Assembly (NCBI RefSeq): GCF_009914755.1
Contig: NC_060938.1
Source: the human T2T-CHM13v2.0 reference genome, Homo sapiens
Reading direction: 5' to 3' (one strand)
Length of the DNA stretch: 64,000 nucleotides
The position numbers and the translations under genes were made by a program. The notes under the pieces are model-generated. The model had not been told where the DNA came from and did not search any database. It saw nothing but the letters and a program-made list of their open reading frames with translations. Each line of letters opens with the position of its first letter. Position 1 is the first letter of the stretch. Below, in pieces: positions 1 through 13,470 of the stretch.

Positions 1-53
1 TTTTGCTTAAAGTCACAGTTTTCAAGAACCTGTAGATGACCTTAAGGGAGATT
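1..53. mobile_element. End of a Tigger-derived DNA transposon (MER82-like)
   Basis: GCTTAAAGTCACAGTTTTCAAGAACCTG...TTAAG resembles the recalled MER82 terminus. Confidence 0.45.
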
Positions 54-54
54 C

Positions 55-71
55 TGTGTGTGTGTGCATGT

Positions 72-109
<38 letters not shown>

Positions 110-170
110 CCCATAAATACCTATACACACATATCCTATTGGTTCTGTTTCTCTGAAGAGCTCCAATACA
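55..170 (+). mobile_element. (TG)n microsatellite plus 3' end of an MLT2 (ERVL) LTR
   Basis: TG repeat at 55-106, then TCCTATTGGTTCTGTTTCTCTGAAGAG...AATACA, typical of the MLT2 3' terminus. Confidence 0.65.
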
Positions 171-174
171 GGGC

Positions 175-1030
175 AGACATTTTCTGAGCAATGGATAAGC
201 ACACACAAAGACTCTGAGGCACGAAAGAACTTAGCGCTTCCGTGGGATGAAATAAAAATCACTGTATCTCCACCACAGTGCTTAAAGGGAGAAGCAATTC
301 AAGATGAGGCAGCAGAGTGGGCAGGGCCATATCTGGAGTGTGTGAGAATGATAGTAGAGGTTCAAATTTATCTTCAGAGGAATGAGAAACCACTGAATGG
401 CTTTCAAATCAGAAGAGTGATGTAATCTGCTGTTTTTTTTTAGCCATCACACAGGCTTGATGTATGGATGTATGTAGGGAGTTATATGAAGCATGAGGAA
501 GGGGTACTCACAGGGCAAATGGGAGAATAATGAAGAGAATACTACATTCGATGAGACAAAATAGAAACATGGAAGGGATAACGGTGGTGGCAGTGGTACA
601 TCTGAGATCTATTTTGCAGAACTGCTCCCCAAATAAAGGTGACGATCTGCTTTCAGGGATAAAAACGAAAGGTCAAGGTCAAGCATGACTTTCAGGTGAA
701 TGATATGTGGACCTGGGTGACTTAATGAGAAGAGGTAGGATGAGGAGAAAGAGTTGGGTAGACCAAGAGTCCAGCTTTTGACAAATTAATGTTGATGCCT
801 TTGAGCACTCTAAGTAAAAATGTGAAAGAGACAGTTACACATACGGATCTGGAGCTCAGAACAAAGACCTGATATGAAGTGTAAGTTTAAAAGTTGGCAG
901 ACAGGGACAGTATTTAAACTGCCCAAGGCAAGAGGGTGCATGGTGAGAAAAGAAAGAGGGACAAGGACAGAAATATAAGGATCTTGATTACTCGTGATTG
1001 AGGAGAACAGGAAGAACTAGCAAAAGATAT
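175..1030 (-). mobile_element. LINE-2 3' region, degraded
   Basis: Antisense L2 motifs: GAGAAACCACTGAATGGCTTT, GCATGACTTTCAGG, GATCTGGAGCTCAGAA. Confidence 0.7.
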
Positions 1031-2385
1031 ACAGAAGCATTAGTTATCAAATATAATTATCTGCTAGAAAGTATTATTGCTTTCTTTTGCTATAAAGTAC
1101 TATCAGAACATCTGAAGTTATTTTGGAATAAAGAAGGTTATTTACACAAAATTTATATACAGTCCATATTCCTCTCATCTATTATTCCTGAGAACAAAGT
1201 TTTATATAGACATTATAAATTATTCACAGAGAAATCGGAACTTTTACTATACATACATAACAGCAATAAAAGTATCAGAAACACATGAATGTTCTTAAAT
1301 GTTATATAAATGAGACTAACTCCAATGATGGCAAAACTACAAAGTCAGTTTCCTTTATCTGAAAATACTGATTTGTTCAAGTTATAATTGTTATATGTGT
1401 TGAAATAGAATTAAACTTTGATTCACAAGTAACAAGCTTATAAAGATGATATTAAAATTTCATTAAAGTTTCAGGATTATATAATTATTTGCTGAGTTAA
1501 AACAAGTACTGTAAAACATCAGCAAACCAGGCAAGTGGATATTGCATAAAAAATTAGTACCTTATAACTCTTTAGTAATTTTTAAAATTGCAAAGATCAT
1601 TTCAGTGCTGCTCCCCTCCCCCCAGGCACACACAAATATTTATCCAGCAACTGATAATTAATAGTGGAAAGAAAACATATCACTTTTAATTTTTTCAAAA
1701 AAGTAAAAATGAATAAGAACTATAACTCAGAGTCAGAAATCAGGATTTCAAAATCCCTGAGGAACTGACCTGTGTGGCCCAGATTCTTACTACACCATGG
1801 GGAAGTAATTGAAAGTCTGAGACAGATTCAGGCTGAAGCACTGTCTGACAAACTATCTTCTCTCCATTTTTATCCTGCTAACTTCCAAAAACCAACTCAT
1901 GGAGCCACTGGTGGATATGAGTGCTATCCCAGTAGAACCTCAATATCCCATAAGAATCTTAGATGGACAAGAAATAATCCTCACCATAAGAACATGTGAA
2001 ATTGCCACAGTTAAGGTCTTTTAAAATAGAAAAATCAATTTTCTATGGAACACAAAAAACTCAGGAAATACGAACAAGACAATAGCAATGATTTTTCCAG
2101 GAGAATAGATTTCATTCATCCAGGAAATACTGTGGAAGCAATAGTTCTTTGCTGAGATTTGCTGAGATCTATGGCTGAGATTGCTCTTGAGCTTTATGTA
2201 ATTCTGTCTTCTCTAGGTGAACTGGGATAATATATCAGAGGAAGGTAAGTGAAATGTCGCTGGTGCTTAAAGAGTTGGGGGAAGTAATAATTACAAGGAC
2301 TACAAAATTAGATGGTTATCTCTGGAGGCTACCCACGCATTTGAGAAAGCCACTGGAAAATGGAAAGATGACACTGATGTATTAC

Positions 2386-2915
2386 TGTGGTAAGCAGTAA
2401 TAAACCAGTAACAAACCAAACCTCGCCAAAAGAAGTTCACATCCTAATTCCCGGAAACTGTGAATATGTTAGACTGCATGACAACGTGGAATTAAGATTG
2501 TAGATGTAATTAAAGTTGCTAATCAGCTGACCTTAAAATAGAGAGGACATCCTGAATTATCAGGGTGGGTCCAATGTACTCAAGGGTCTCAGAAAGTGCA
2601 AGACAGCGGAAAAAGAGGAGAGTCAGAGGGAGACAGGACTATGGAAGAAAGGCACAGAGAGATGTGATGTTGTTAGCTTTGGAGATGGAACAAACAGGCC
2701 ACAAGCCAAGACATAAAAGGAGGCTGTAGAAGTTGGGAAGAGCAAGGAAATGGATTCTCCCTTAGAGCTTTCAAAAAGAAGTGCAGCTTTGCTGACCCCT
2801 TGATTTTAGCTCAGTGAGACCCATGTCAGGCTTCTGACCTACATAGAGAACTAATATTGCTTAAAACCACTAAGTTTGTGGTAATTTGTTACAAAAACAA
2901 AAGAAAACTAACACA
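2386..2915 (+). mobile_element. MLT1D-like MaLR LTR nested in the ERVL
   Basis: TGTGGTAAGCAG start, ATTAAAGTTGCTAATCAGCTGACCTTAAAATAG core, CCACTAAGTTTGTGGTAATTTGTTAC...AACTAACACA end. Confidence 0.8.
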
Positions 2916-5595
2916 ACCATCAATTTAAGGCCAAAGATCTTCCCATGGAGTAAATAAAAAGAAATTCACCTCTACAAATTGTGTAAAAATTCCTTAGGTT
3001 CAGGTACAGAACTTAATTATAAGAGCAAAGCTCTAGATATGGTTGAATTCACCTGAAAAGTCAGCTACATGAAAGTAAGGGTGCAAATTAGGAAAATAAA
3101 GAGCCCTAGAGATAACAAAATCTAGTTTGATGCAGTCAATAATCTCGATCATCAGGTTCCTATGGACACTAGGTGCCTACAGAAGTCTCCCTGTTAAGAG
3201 ACTAGTGTTTCCTGCTTGAAGACAATGAAGATGACTCTTCCCTGAAAAAGAATGTAAGTCCCACCCAGGATTTTCCACCACCTCCTCTGCTGGCCAACTG
3301 GCTAATAACTAACGGTAAGTCACAACTGGCTGAAGTGCTAACCCTTCAAAAGGAGGACAGGGACAATAGCTCAAAAGAGCCACAGGACCCAGCCAATATG
3401 TTCCAGTAGAATCAGTAGAATAACTTTGGAACCAATTCTGAAGATGCTGGGTCACCAGAGAATGGAACATAAAGTTGAATAACTGAGAGTTCCAGTTATG
3501 AAGAGATCTCCACCTATGAAGACAGTATATTTCCCCTTAGAATATATCCCCAACTCTCCTACTGGCAGCCAAACTCATCACCAGGGTTAAGTTACAAATT
3601 AACCCAGCAATGAAGGTGCTTAGATTACCAAGGGAGAAAAGAAGAAGAAAAAAGACTGTGCTCTGAAAGAGGCAGATTTAGCCAATAAGTACTGGCAGAA
3701 GTTAGAAGAGTGTGTATATGAATTGATTCTAAGGACGCTAGATTAAGATGGGAAGGAATATAATGTTGGATAAGAGAGGCATTTTTAATGTGGGAGGACC
3801 CTCCCAGGATACAGGATTTAATAACACCCTGATGATAATGTTGCTAGGATAAAGACAGTATTGCATTCTAGACAAAATGTAAGATATCAGTACCACTTTT
3901 AAAGATCTAAAGGAGGCACATTTTATAGTCCTCATTGTGCCCTCCATTTTATTCACCACTCTTGTTGATAAACAAGCAGATAGATGCTGGAAGTTGGAAT
4001 TGAACTACACAAATTCAACCAAGTAGAAGCCCCAGTTGCAAGTGCTTGGCCAGTTGCAGTATCTTTGCTACAGCAGATTAATCCAACTTTAGTTCATGGT
4101 ACCTGGCAATTGATCTAGCAAAAACACTGTTATCCATCTCTACCAAGAAGGTGAACCAGAAGCAGTTCTCATTCACATGGACATAACAGCAGTACGCATC
4201 TTCCATCCTGACCCAGGATTATAATAACTTTTCTGTCCTCTGCCATAATACAGTCTGAAAGAATCTGAATGTATTGGATATTAGAAAGAACATTACACTG
4301 GTCCATTACATAATATCAATGACATCCTGTAAGAGAACCGAATAAGCAAAAAGTGGCAAGTACTTCGGAAGTCTGGGTAAGACATGTGCTCAGAGGATGG
4401 AAAATAGACACCTCCTCAGTGAGTTGTAGGAGTCTATGGCCTGAGTCATGGAAAGACAATCTTTCCAAAGAGAAAGACAAATTGATGCACATTCCAAAAT
4501 AAAAAGCAATCTTCCAAAAAAAGAACAAATTAGCTCACTTTCCCCATCAATAAGAAGGTAGCACAATCCATAACAGAACACTTTAGATCTAAGAGAGAAC
4601 ACAGTCCATGCTGGGAATACTGTTCTGACCTATTTACCAGTGCCACAGAAGGATGCTGGCTTGGACTGTGGCTTAGGGCAGTTAAAGACCTTGGAGGAGG
4701 TATAGGTTCAACTGAAGAATTAATTCCTCAAGCTTAGACCATATAATCCCACACATCCCATGATATTAGAAGTATCTTTAGTGTGACAAGCCACACGTAA
4801 AGTCTACGGCAAGTCCCTGTAGAAAAATCACAATGTTAGCCACTGAAGGTTTTTCAGCAAGCCTGTGCCATTTGCAATATAGAATTACAAATCACTTGAC
4901 AAACAGTTTATGGCATACTACTGGGAACTTACTTAGGCAGAATGCCTGAAAATAGGCAATTAAGAGACCATGGTGCCAAAAATGTCCATTATAACTAGGT
5001 TTTGTCAGCCAAGTCATAAGATCAAGTAGGTCCTGTAGCAATCCATTATTAAATAAAAATGATACATTTGGGACTGAGCACAAGTAGACAGAGAAAGCCC
5101 AAGTAAGCTATATGCAGAAATGGCAAACCCCTACATCTTTCCTATTGCACTGCCTCATTTCCCTCAGCTCATCCCTATGACTGCATGGGCAGTCCTGTCT
5201 AACCACCAAGTTCAAGACAGGTTCACAGATCAGTTAGCTCCACATGTGGTATAAACCAAAAAGGTACTGCACCTGCCCTGCAGCCCCACTAATGGGTGCC
5301 TTCAAAGAGTGCAATGAGAGAAAATATTCCCAATGGGGTACAGCTTCAGGGACCATATAAGTTGTATGGAAAGAGAAGTGGCTGCGGTAAAAATAAACAT
5401 AGTCTTATTGGCAGCAGTGAATAACTTAGCTGATTGTTGGCTGGACGCCTGCAAAGAGAAGTGACAGAAAATCAGCAACAATAACTCAGAAAAACAGGCA
5501 TGCAAATGTACCTCCTATGGGAGTGGGCACAAAGTAGAGAGATCTTTGTAGACAATGTTATTGTCCCCCAGAGAGCATCCACCACAAAAGAGGCA

Positions 5596-6156
5596 TGTGG
5601 CAGATTGTATTCTTTTAAAAAGGCCACAACAATTTCTCCAATTCTACAAGTCCTCCATCAAATGTAAACTTAACATTATTCCCATAAAGAGGTGTAAAGA
5701 GGTGGGATTTATAATCCCTTTCTTTCAACCTGGGTGGACCTTTGTCTCTGCCTCAAACTATAGAGCGTCACGGAATTGATGCATGTAACTTCCAAGGCAA
5801 AATTCAAAGCGATCCTTTGTACCTTTTCAGGATACTTACTCTTAGAATCCTCACACCGTGCTGTAAGAAAGCCCAAAGTTTTCAATTCAGCCAAAGTCCC
5901 AGCTATCTGCCAGAGTCTCAAGTATCACATATGTCAGTGAAGATGCCAGCAGATGATTCCAGCCTCCAGATGTCAAGTCATCCTCCACCTCCAAGTCTTC
6001 CCAGGTAAGGGCTCAGAAATTACGGGGCAAAGATAAGCCATTCTGAATATCCCTCATATAAATTATTGGCCCACAGAATCCACGAATATAATAAAGGGAG
6101 TGTTTTATACCACAAAGCTGGGGTGGGTTGTTACAGAGCAATAGCAATTGGAATCA
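5596..6156 (+). mobile_element. MLT1 (G/H-like) MaLR LTR nested in ERVL pol
   Basis: TGTGGCAGATTGTAT start and CCACAGAATCC...AATAAA...GTTGTTACAGAGCAATAG end. Confidence 0.7.
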
Positions 6157-7490
6157 GAATACAGAATAACTTGATTTATTGATATTAGTCAGCTTGCCAT
6201 CAGCTACTCCAGTGTTGCATCAATAGACACAAAAGGGAAGAAGCCGTAGTGAAAATTATAGACATTATCCATATACTGAATAGCAAAAGCTCCCATTCAT
6301 CAGCATTGAACTAGCTAATGCTGCTGCTAAATGTCCAACCTGCCAGCAGGAGGGACCCTGATGTACCCCATTCCTCAAGGAAACTAACTAGGCATTTGGT
6401 AGAAATTGAGTACAATGGACTCCATTTACAAATGAAAGATTAGAAATTCATCTTGATTGGAACTGACAGTTACCTTGTGCCTACAGTGCCCCATAAAACA
6501 CATCAATGTAAGAGATTTCAGAATATGTGATATACCTAAAACAGGATCTCTCCTAACATTGTACTAACCAAAGGGATCCACTGAACAGAAAAGAAGGTGC
6601 TGCAATGATAATGGAATTTACTGGTTCTATCACATCATCTAATAGAAAACTTTTGAAGGAGCAGCATTAATTCAGCAGCTTGGAGATGATACTCTTAAAG
6701 TTGGACCCCACACTTGCAGGATATGACACAGTCCTAAATTAATGACTATTATATGTAGCTGTGTCCCCAGTAGGTAGAATACATAAGTCCAAGAACCAAG
6801 AGGAGACAGTGTAGTATCCTCAGTTATCTTCACTCTCATGACATATGTAGGGTACCTGTGCTTCCTGTCCCCAGAATTACAGGGCCTGTGTGGCTAAGAT
6901 GTGTTGGTTCCCAGAGGGGGACACTTTTCTTAGGGACAATAGCAAAAGTCTCAAACTCCTGTGACAGTTGTCACCTGTTTATTTGGGCTCCTTATGCAAA
7001 AGACAAGCAGGCAAAGAACAAAGTCACTTTTCAGGCAGGGATAATAAATCCTGATTGTCTGGAGGTGGCAAGGCTGCTGTTATGTAACATGAGCAGGGGA
7101 GAAGAACTCTGGCACCCCAGTGACCCACTTTAAGTATGTGTTGATGCTCTCTTACCTAGTTCTGGTAGGAAACCGATAAATCCATCAGCTGTGACCTGAG
7201 AAGATCTTGGTGACCAAGATCTTAGGCCCTTCAGCTCACTTTGCCAAGTTCACAATCTAATCCTTTAGAATTGCTAGCTAAGGGTAATGGGTTCTAGAAG
7301 AAGTAGTAGAAAAGAGGAATGATGAGTATCAGACACGGTTCTGAGACCAGACATAAGGGCTGGCTGACGTTTGTCCTGCTAACCATCCTCTTTTGTGAGT
7401 TTCCTTAAGATAAAAGGCCAGCTCCTGGAGGGCCAGTTCTCAAACAGGATAAGCAAGCAGATATGAGCAACAAAAGCTGTCTAAGATGGG

Positions 7491-7918
7491 GTGTAACATT
7501 CAGAACTCCTTCTGCATGAAGAAGACATCCACTCTCCCAACTTCCAAGAGTGTTACCTGATGATTGCTCACAACTGAGTTCCTCCCAGAATTTGCCTTCC
7601 AGTAAAGGGAGCTGCCTAACCCAAATATATTGGCTCTGCCCCAGGGGCAACCCACGTCCAAGGACTGGTAGAAAAGAGAGTAAACAGAATTCTTTCTCTA
7701 TTTGGAATATCTCTGAAGGTCCATCCCAACTCTACAGCATCCCATGCACTCAGCCTAGGACTCTGTTGCAAGTGAATCAGAGTTCACCTTCTCCCTCTGC
7801 TCTTCCCAGGCTCCCTTCTTCCCTTACAGGTGTTCTTCCCAACATCACTCTCTAATAAACCACCTGCATGTAAACCTTCCACTTGGGGTCGGTTTCCTGG
7901 AGAAGTCAACCTATGACA
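7491..7918 (+). mobile_element. LTR16-family LTR (3' LTR of the ERVL)
   Basis: TG start after a purine-rich tract; AATAAACCACCTGCATG...TTTCCTGGAGAAGTCAACCTATGACA end. Confidence 0.75.
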
Positions 7919-10084
7919 TGAACACACTGCATTCTGCTTTGATCTATTCTATTAATCCTCATGACATGAAATCCTATCACCCTGCTATGTCAATAAATTT
8001 ATTCCTATTTCTCTAGGCTAAGATTATGACCAAACTAACACATCTGCTCCTACCCATGCAACTTCAAGTCTAATCCCCAGAGCAGAGCACAATAGTAGGT
8101 TGAAATTCTGCTTTACTATTTTCATTATTTGCTTTATAAATAACTTTCCATCTGTAGAAATGCTGAGTCTTTCATTACTACTGTGAAAACCTCTGAAATG
8201 TCATAATAATTGTTGGGAGGGTGACAGCTATGTAAAATGAATGAGAAGCAGTCAATAGTTAAGCCGCTAAAAATATTCTTAGAACAAACTTAGAAATATC
8301 TTAAGAAAGTCTAAATTAGCTTTCGTCACAGCCAAAGACATTTAAATGGCATTTTTAGGTTCATAAGATATTTTACCTTTTATTTTACTTAAGAAACTGT
8401 ATTCCAGCTTTCATGGATATTATTTAATTATTGTTGGTAAAATTAAATGATAAACCACAACATAGAGATGTACTTAAATCTTAGGTGTATAAGTGTATAC
8501 CTCAATTATGAAGTCACTATCCACTCTCACTCAAAATAGAGCATGCATCTAATATATCACAAAATGCAAAAATTGGAAGCAGAGAAAGACTTTAAAAAGG
8601 TGTACTATATTCTATAAGTACTCCCAAATATAGAACTAAATGTGTAAATTGTAAAATCACGAAATCTATTAAACTCTTATGAACTTGGATTTGACTCATC
8701 TTTTACTCTATCCTTTACAAAGGCTTCCAGTTTAATTTGAAATTTTTAGTTACAAAATGCATGATGGCTCCACCATTTAACATTAGCGCCATTTCCAGTG
8801 TGCAAAAAGTCATATCCCATTAGTTTCAAGCATTTGGTCAGATATTAGGAAGCCATTGCTTAAAGAAGGAATTCACAAAATCAGTGCTTCTCCATGCTTT
8901 TTTTTTTTAAAGAAGAGATCTGGCTTTGAAATACAATAACAACAGTTATACTACAGAATTAATGAATTGCCAATTGTAAAATGTGAATGTATAATGAATT
9001 TCAGGGCAGTGCTCTTGCAGCCAGACTGAATTAAGAGTTAAAGTTCTAAAGACTCAATTGCCTCTGAAAATTTGAGGGGGGATGTTTATCAGTTAAAGAA
9101 AACATCAGCTGCTTAGAAATGCATGGCGCTACAGCTGAATATAATACCTTTCCTGTTCTCTCTTGAAATGGTTTCCTATTGAAGCAGTTTCTGTATCAAT
9201 CACACAATAGTCACAATGATACAGGGTTATACTATAGGACACAATAACAGCATTCAAAAAGCATAGGAAAAATGACTTTTATAGCGGTAAATACTGTAGC
9301 TAAAAGCCTAAAACAAATCACTAAACTGCACTAATCTGTAAGCTTTGAGGTCTGAGGAACTCACTGTCAGCTAAGAGAAGGGCAGAGCTCGCAATCAACT
9401 GTCCTCTTGAACACAACAAGATTGTCAAGAAAAGAAATCCGCTGATAGAGTCTCCTCAATTAACTCTGTGCGAAAAATGCCCAAGCAATACTCGGAGGGA
9501 ACTCAACAAAAATCAGGCCAAATATGACATTTAACTATCAATCTTTCCAAGACCAGCGATTGTTAATCAGCCTAGGGAGAAATAAAGTAGTACGACAGTG
9601 GTTATTTTTTATAAGCACATACCTACTATTTTACATGGAGGAATATAACTACTTCTGCAGAATATGTAGTAGAACCATTTCTTCATTTTTACAGGTTACT
9701 AATTATGAATAAGCTTAAAATATCCTATCATTCCAAAAATAAATTATATGAGAGAGAGTCCTCAGTATGGGCATTTCAATACTGAAAAGAAAAAAGAATT
9801 ATAAAACATATCTTTCTTTTCTAAGAAAGAAAACCATATGGTATAAAGTGCTGACATTAGCTACCTACATATACTTCGCATGTGACAAGCTAAAATGTAT
9901 TATTACCCAAGTTGCATTTCAAGTATATACTGTTTAAGATAATTTTCATGCATAGCACAATGTAAGCTACCTAACTTTTATGATTTAATTAGAATAAGTA
10001 TAAGCACACACGTATCTGAATATAATTTTAATAATATAAATAAGTATAAATACAAGTATTTACTTTTACATACATTTCATATTT

Positions 10085-10250
10085 GATTCCAAATTCAGCC
10101 ACCAGTAACTATATGGCGGTTATTTAAACTTCATGAGCTTCAGATTTTGCATCTATCTCATACAAAGATTAGTGCATGGTACAATGTGTATAAAACTTCT
10201 AATACAAGGTGTGGCATACAGTAGGCACTTGATAAATGGCAATTATTTTA
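10085..10250 (+). mobile_element. MIR SINE
   Basis: TTTAAACTTCATGAGCTTCAGATTTTGCATCTAT core and GGCATACAGTAGGCACTTGATAAATG tail. Confidence 0.6.
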
Positions 10251-10598
10251 TGAAAAATTACTATATCTCATCTTTAATTATTTTTCAATTATAGGTGAAA
10301 AAAGATGAAAGATAATCCAAGTTACTTAAGTTTTGTTTGTGCATGTATTTTAGAATCCAGACATGAATATAGATATGCCTGATGCACTGAAAGCTCACTT
10401 ATAAAGAATAAAATACAACTTAAAAGACCTGATTAATAGAACGGCAGGGATGGTCTTCTGAATATGCAAGTGATGCTAAGCTTCAAATATACACATTACT
10501 GTAATGCAGGTAGAATAAACTGCACATGCATTGCTGTTAGGCAGCTAAGAAATATTTCTCTTTTGTCAACTGCAAAAAACGAAGTAATCAGAGTTTCT

Positions 10599-10890
10599 TT
10601 TTTTTTTTTTTTTTTTTTTTTTGAGACAGAGTTTCGCTCTTGTTGCCCAGGATGGAGTGCAGTGGTGCAACCTCTGCCTCTCAGGTTCAAGGGATTCTCC
10701 CGCCTCAGCCTCCCGAGTAGCTGGGATTACAGGCACCCGCCACTATGCCCGGCTAATTTTTTGTATTTTTAGTAGAGACAGGGTTTCCACATGTTGGGCA
10801 GGCTGGTCTCGAGCTCCTGACTTCAGGTGATCCGCCTCCCTCGGCCTCTCAAAGTGCTGGGATTACAGGAGTGAGCCACCGCACCCAGCC
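10599..10890 (-). mobile_element. AluS (Sq/Sp-like) with a short internal deletion and 16-bp TSD
   Basis: Poly-T then GAGACAGAGTTTCGCTCTTGTTGCCCAGG ... GCACCCAGCC. Flanks AGTAATCAGAGTTTCT and AGTAGTTGGAGTTTCT. Confidence 0.95.
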
Positions 10891-13374
10891 AGTAGTTGGA
10901 GTTTCTAAAGGTAATTTTGTAAACCCATGAACAATAGAAACATGAATGTATCACAAATATTCAAACACAAACTGAGTATTAGGTGAGAGACTGCATACTC
11001 TGCTGCCAACACTGAATTAGAGTCAGCTTTGCAAGGGAAGTGGGAAAAGCACCCAGTTTCTTGGGATTAGCCTAAATAAAGTTTAGCTACTATTCCATGC
11101 ATTTTTTGAATACACATACGCACTCTTATATACTCTTAACATAGTTAATCGATTTCTGCTTGAACATGTAATATGTATTTTTTATAGTATACATGCAAAT
11201 ACTCTATATACAAACAGATATTTGTATTATGAATGTGTGTATGTATATGCACATGTGCATGTGTGTGTGTGTATCTTCTTTAGCTCTCTCTGGAAGAGGG
11301 AAGGTGGTTAAACATAAGGGTGTCAAAGTACTTCTTTGCATAAGTAAGCTTAGAGAATTAAGGCATTAAATTAGTATCAATGACGACAGAAAGTAAAACT
11401 GAAACACTGTTTGAAATATGAATCAAAAAGATATAATGACCATAGAGTTCAACTGCAAAATCACAGGAAGCAAGAAGAAGGCCACTTTCCACACCAGCTG
11501 CTGCAATTGGAGGGATGTTTGATAGTGAGGCACAGGAAATAATCAGAGAGTAAGCAGACTCTGAGTAACAAGACAGATTATTTCAGGCTGCAGTCCACTG
11601 GGAGTTATTCTAGTCTTGGGGAAAGACTGGGAGGTTTCTAAACCCCGATTTTCACAGTAATGATGTCATTATGGAGTTTATAATATTGTAGGGAATGGTC
11701 ATAATGGAAAAGGGTTGCACTTCCTTAGACAAGTATATTTAGATAAATCTATGCACAACAAAGGAAGAACAAAATTAGTCAAAGGTTGAGCTTTGATTAA
11801 TTGGGACTAAGACCTAAAACTCTAAAATGCATACAGCATCTCTGTTGTACAGGTGGTACAAACCAGTGTGAAACATGAACCAAATGAAAAATATAAGTTA
11901 CTCAAAGGATGAGAGAGAGTCACAATAATGGCGTAGAGTAACCCATGAAAAACAAGGAACGAGTTCAGAACTGAAATAAAAGCATTAACTATGCCAATTC
12001 TTGATAATAACTTAACTCATTCTGAGATACCAAGTTAGACTGACAACTGTGAAATTACTTGGCAGTTGTATCTCTCCATATTACACAGTACTGTGTGTCT
12101 TTGCTTAAGGTGATTTGTTTAGCAAAGTCAATATTGCTCATTTCACATAATGGGAAAAATCTTCTCAACTAACAATTTTTGTTGTCTTTCACAGTCCTGA
12201 GTAAAGATTGCCTTCTATGTGGTTAAAGAGATACTTGACCAATATACTTGACTAATATTGAGTTAATATTCAGACATGGAGAAGAATAATTGAATTAAGC
12301 AATTACAGCCATCTAGTTAATTATATGAATAGAGAATATGGAAGTGGACTACCTTCCGCCCTCCAAAAATAGAAAGTGTTTGCCAAAGAAAACGATTGCA
12401 TTATGCATAAAATGCTTTCTTAGGTATGTGGCTGTTACAGTTTAATGGTGAGCAAAGTCCCACTCAGTCCTTTTCAGTTAATTCTAATTTAAAAATGTTT
12501 TAAATGATTAGGTGACTGGGTGGGAAACACCAATTCTGGTTACTTCTGGATCAAAACTAGAAGATGTGACACAGTAATTGTGTGATGACCCCATTTAATG
12601 GTTTATCCTCATTTTCTGTTTTTATGTATTAACTACCAATTATAAGTATTCTTATAAATAAATATATCCCTAGGTTATTTTTTCCAATTGGGTGGCTGAT
12701 TTTTATAAACTGCTGTTTTCCAATTAGTCTTGAAATGAAGACTATTAATTAGTCTTGAAGACTATTAAGAATACTCTTACTCCTTGATTCAACAACAAGA
12801 TCAATACACGTATTTGAACACACTTATAGATTTATATAAGCATAAATTTACCCATAACCATAAGGTTTAGGATACACTAATGTTCTCTGGAGCTCTTAAA
12901 TGAGGGGGAGGATGCCAGCTCCTTGCTAACCACCACTGTTAAGGAGAAGAAGGAGAAACTCCTGGGTTATGTGGATTGAGAAAGGGAGACTAGCATAAGC
13001 AACAATATAAACTACACGTGCATCGAAATACAATATCAAATTGCATTTTCATGCACATATTTATAATACTTAAAGTGTTTAAAAATACTCAGTTTCTGTT
13101 ATTTTCCCCTAGACTGACACAACCAGAATATTTTTTCCAGAAAAAAAATTACTTGGTCTCTGTTACCTTCTAGCTTCTTATTCTGGTCTAAAAACTAAAT
13201 GATAGTCCTATTATGAGGTTCAACTGCTAGAGCATCTAAGTGTAGATTTTTAAGAACAGAAGGGAAACTCTCCATGCTCCCTCCCCCTTCTACTCCAGAT
13301 ATAAAAATGCAGCCATAGTTTCTTATTCTTGCTAATATCTACATTTCTTCTATGCATCAGCCCACTCTCCTAAG

Positions 13375-13470
13375 AGTTTACTCGATGTGGAAACTGAGGG
13401 ATAGAGATCAAGATTTTTGCCTGAAGTAACACAGTAAAGCAGCAGCTGAACAAGAAGAAAGCCCACGTTA
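13375..13470 (-). mobile_element. MIR fragment
   Basis: GATGTGGAAACTGAGG...TTGCCTGAAGTAACACAG core. Confidence 0.55.

Larger units (their letters stand above)
2100..7490 (+). mobile_element. Degraded ERVL internal region (HERV16/ERV3-16A3-like): gag fragments and RT/RNaseH/integrase relics
   Basis: 3980-4330 follows the ERVL RT pattern (..NQVEAPVA..VSLLQQIN..AIDLA..QKQFSFTW..LTQDYNN..ITLVHY..) with many stops and frameshifts. Followed by an LTR16-type LTR. Confidence 0.8.

Noticed and set aside
3900-6800. Possible domesticated retroviral pol gene (also 57000-60000)
   Set aside because: Dense stops and frameshifts, a degenerate catalytic YIDD motif, and an MLT1 insertion interrupting the first copy.
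10464-10830. ORFs with FFFFETE...SLPSSWDYR (also 32456..32848 and 55385..55606)
   Set aside because: Standard antisense Alu translations.
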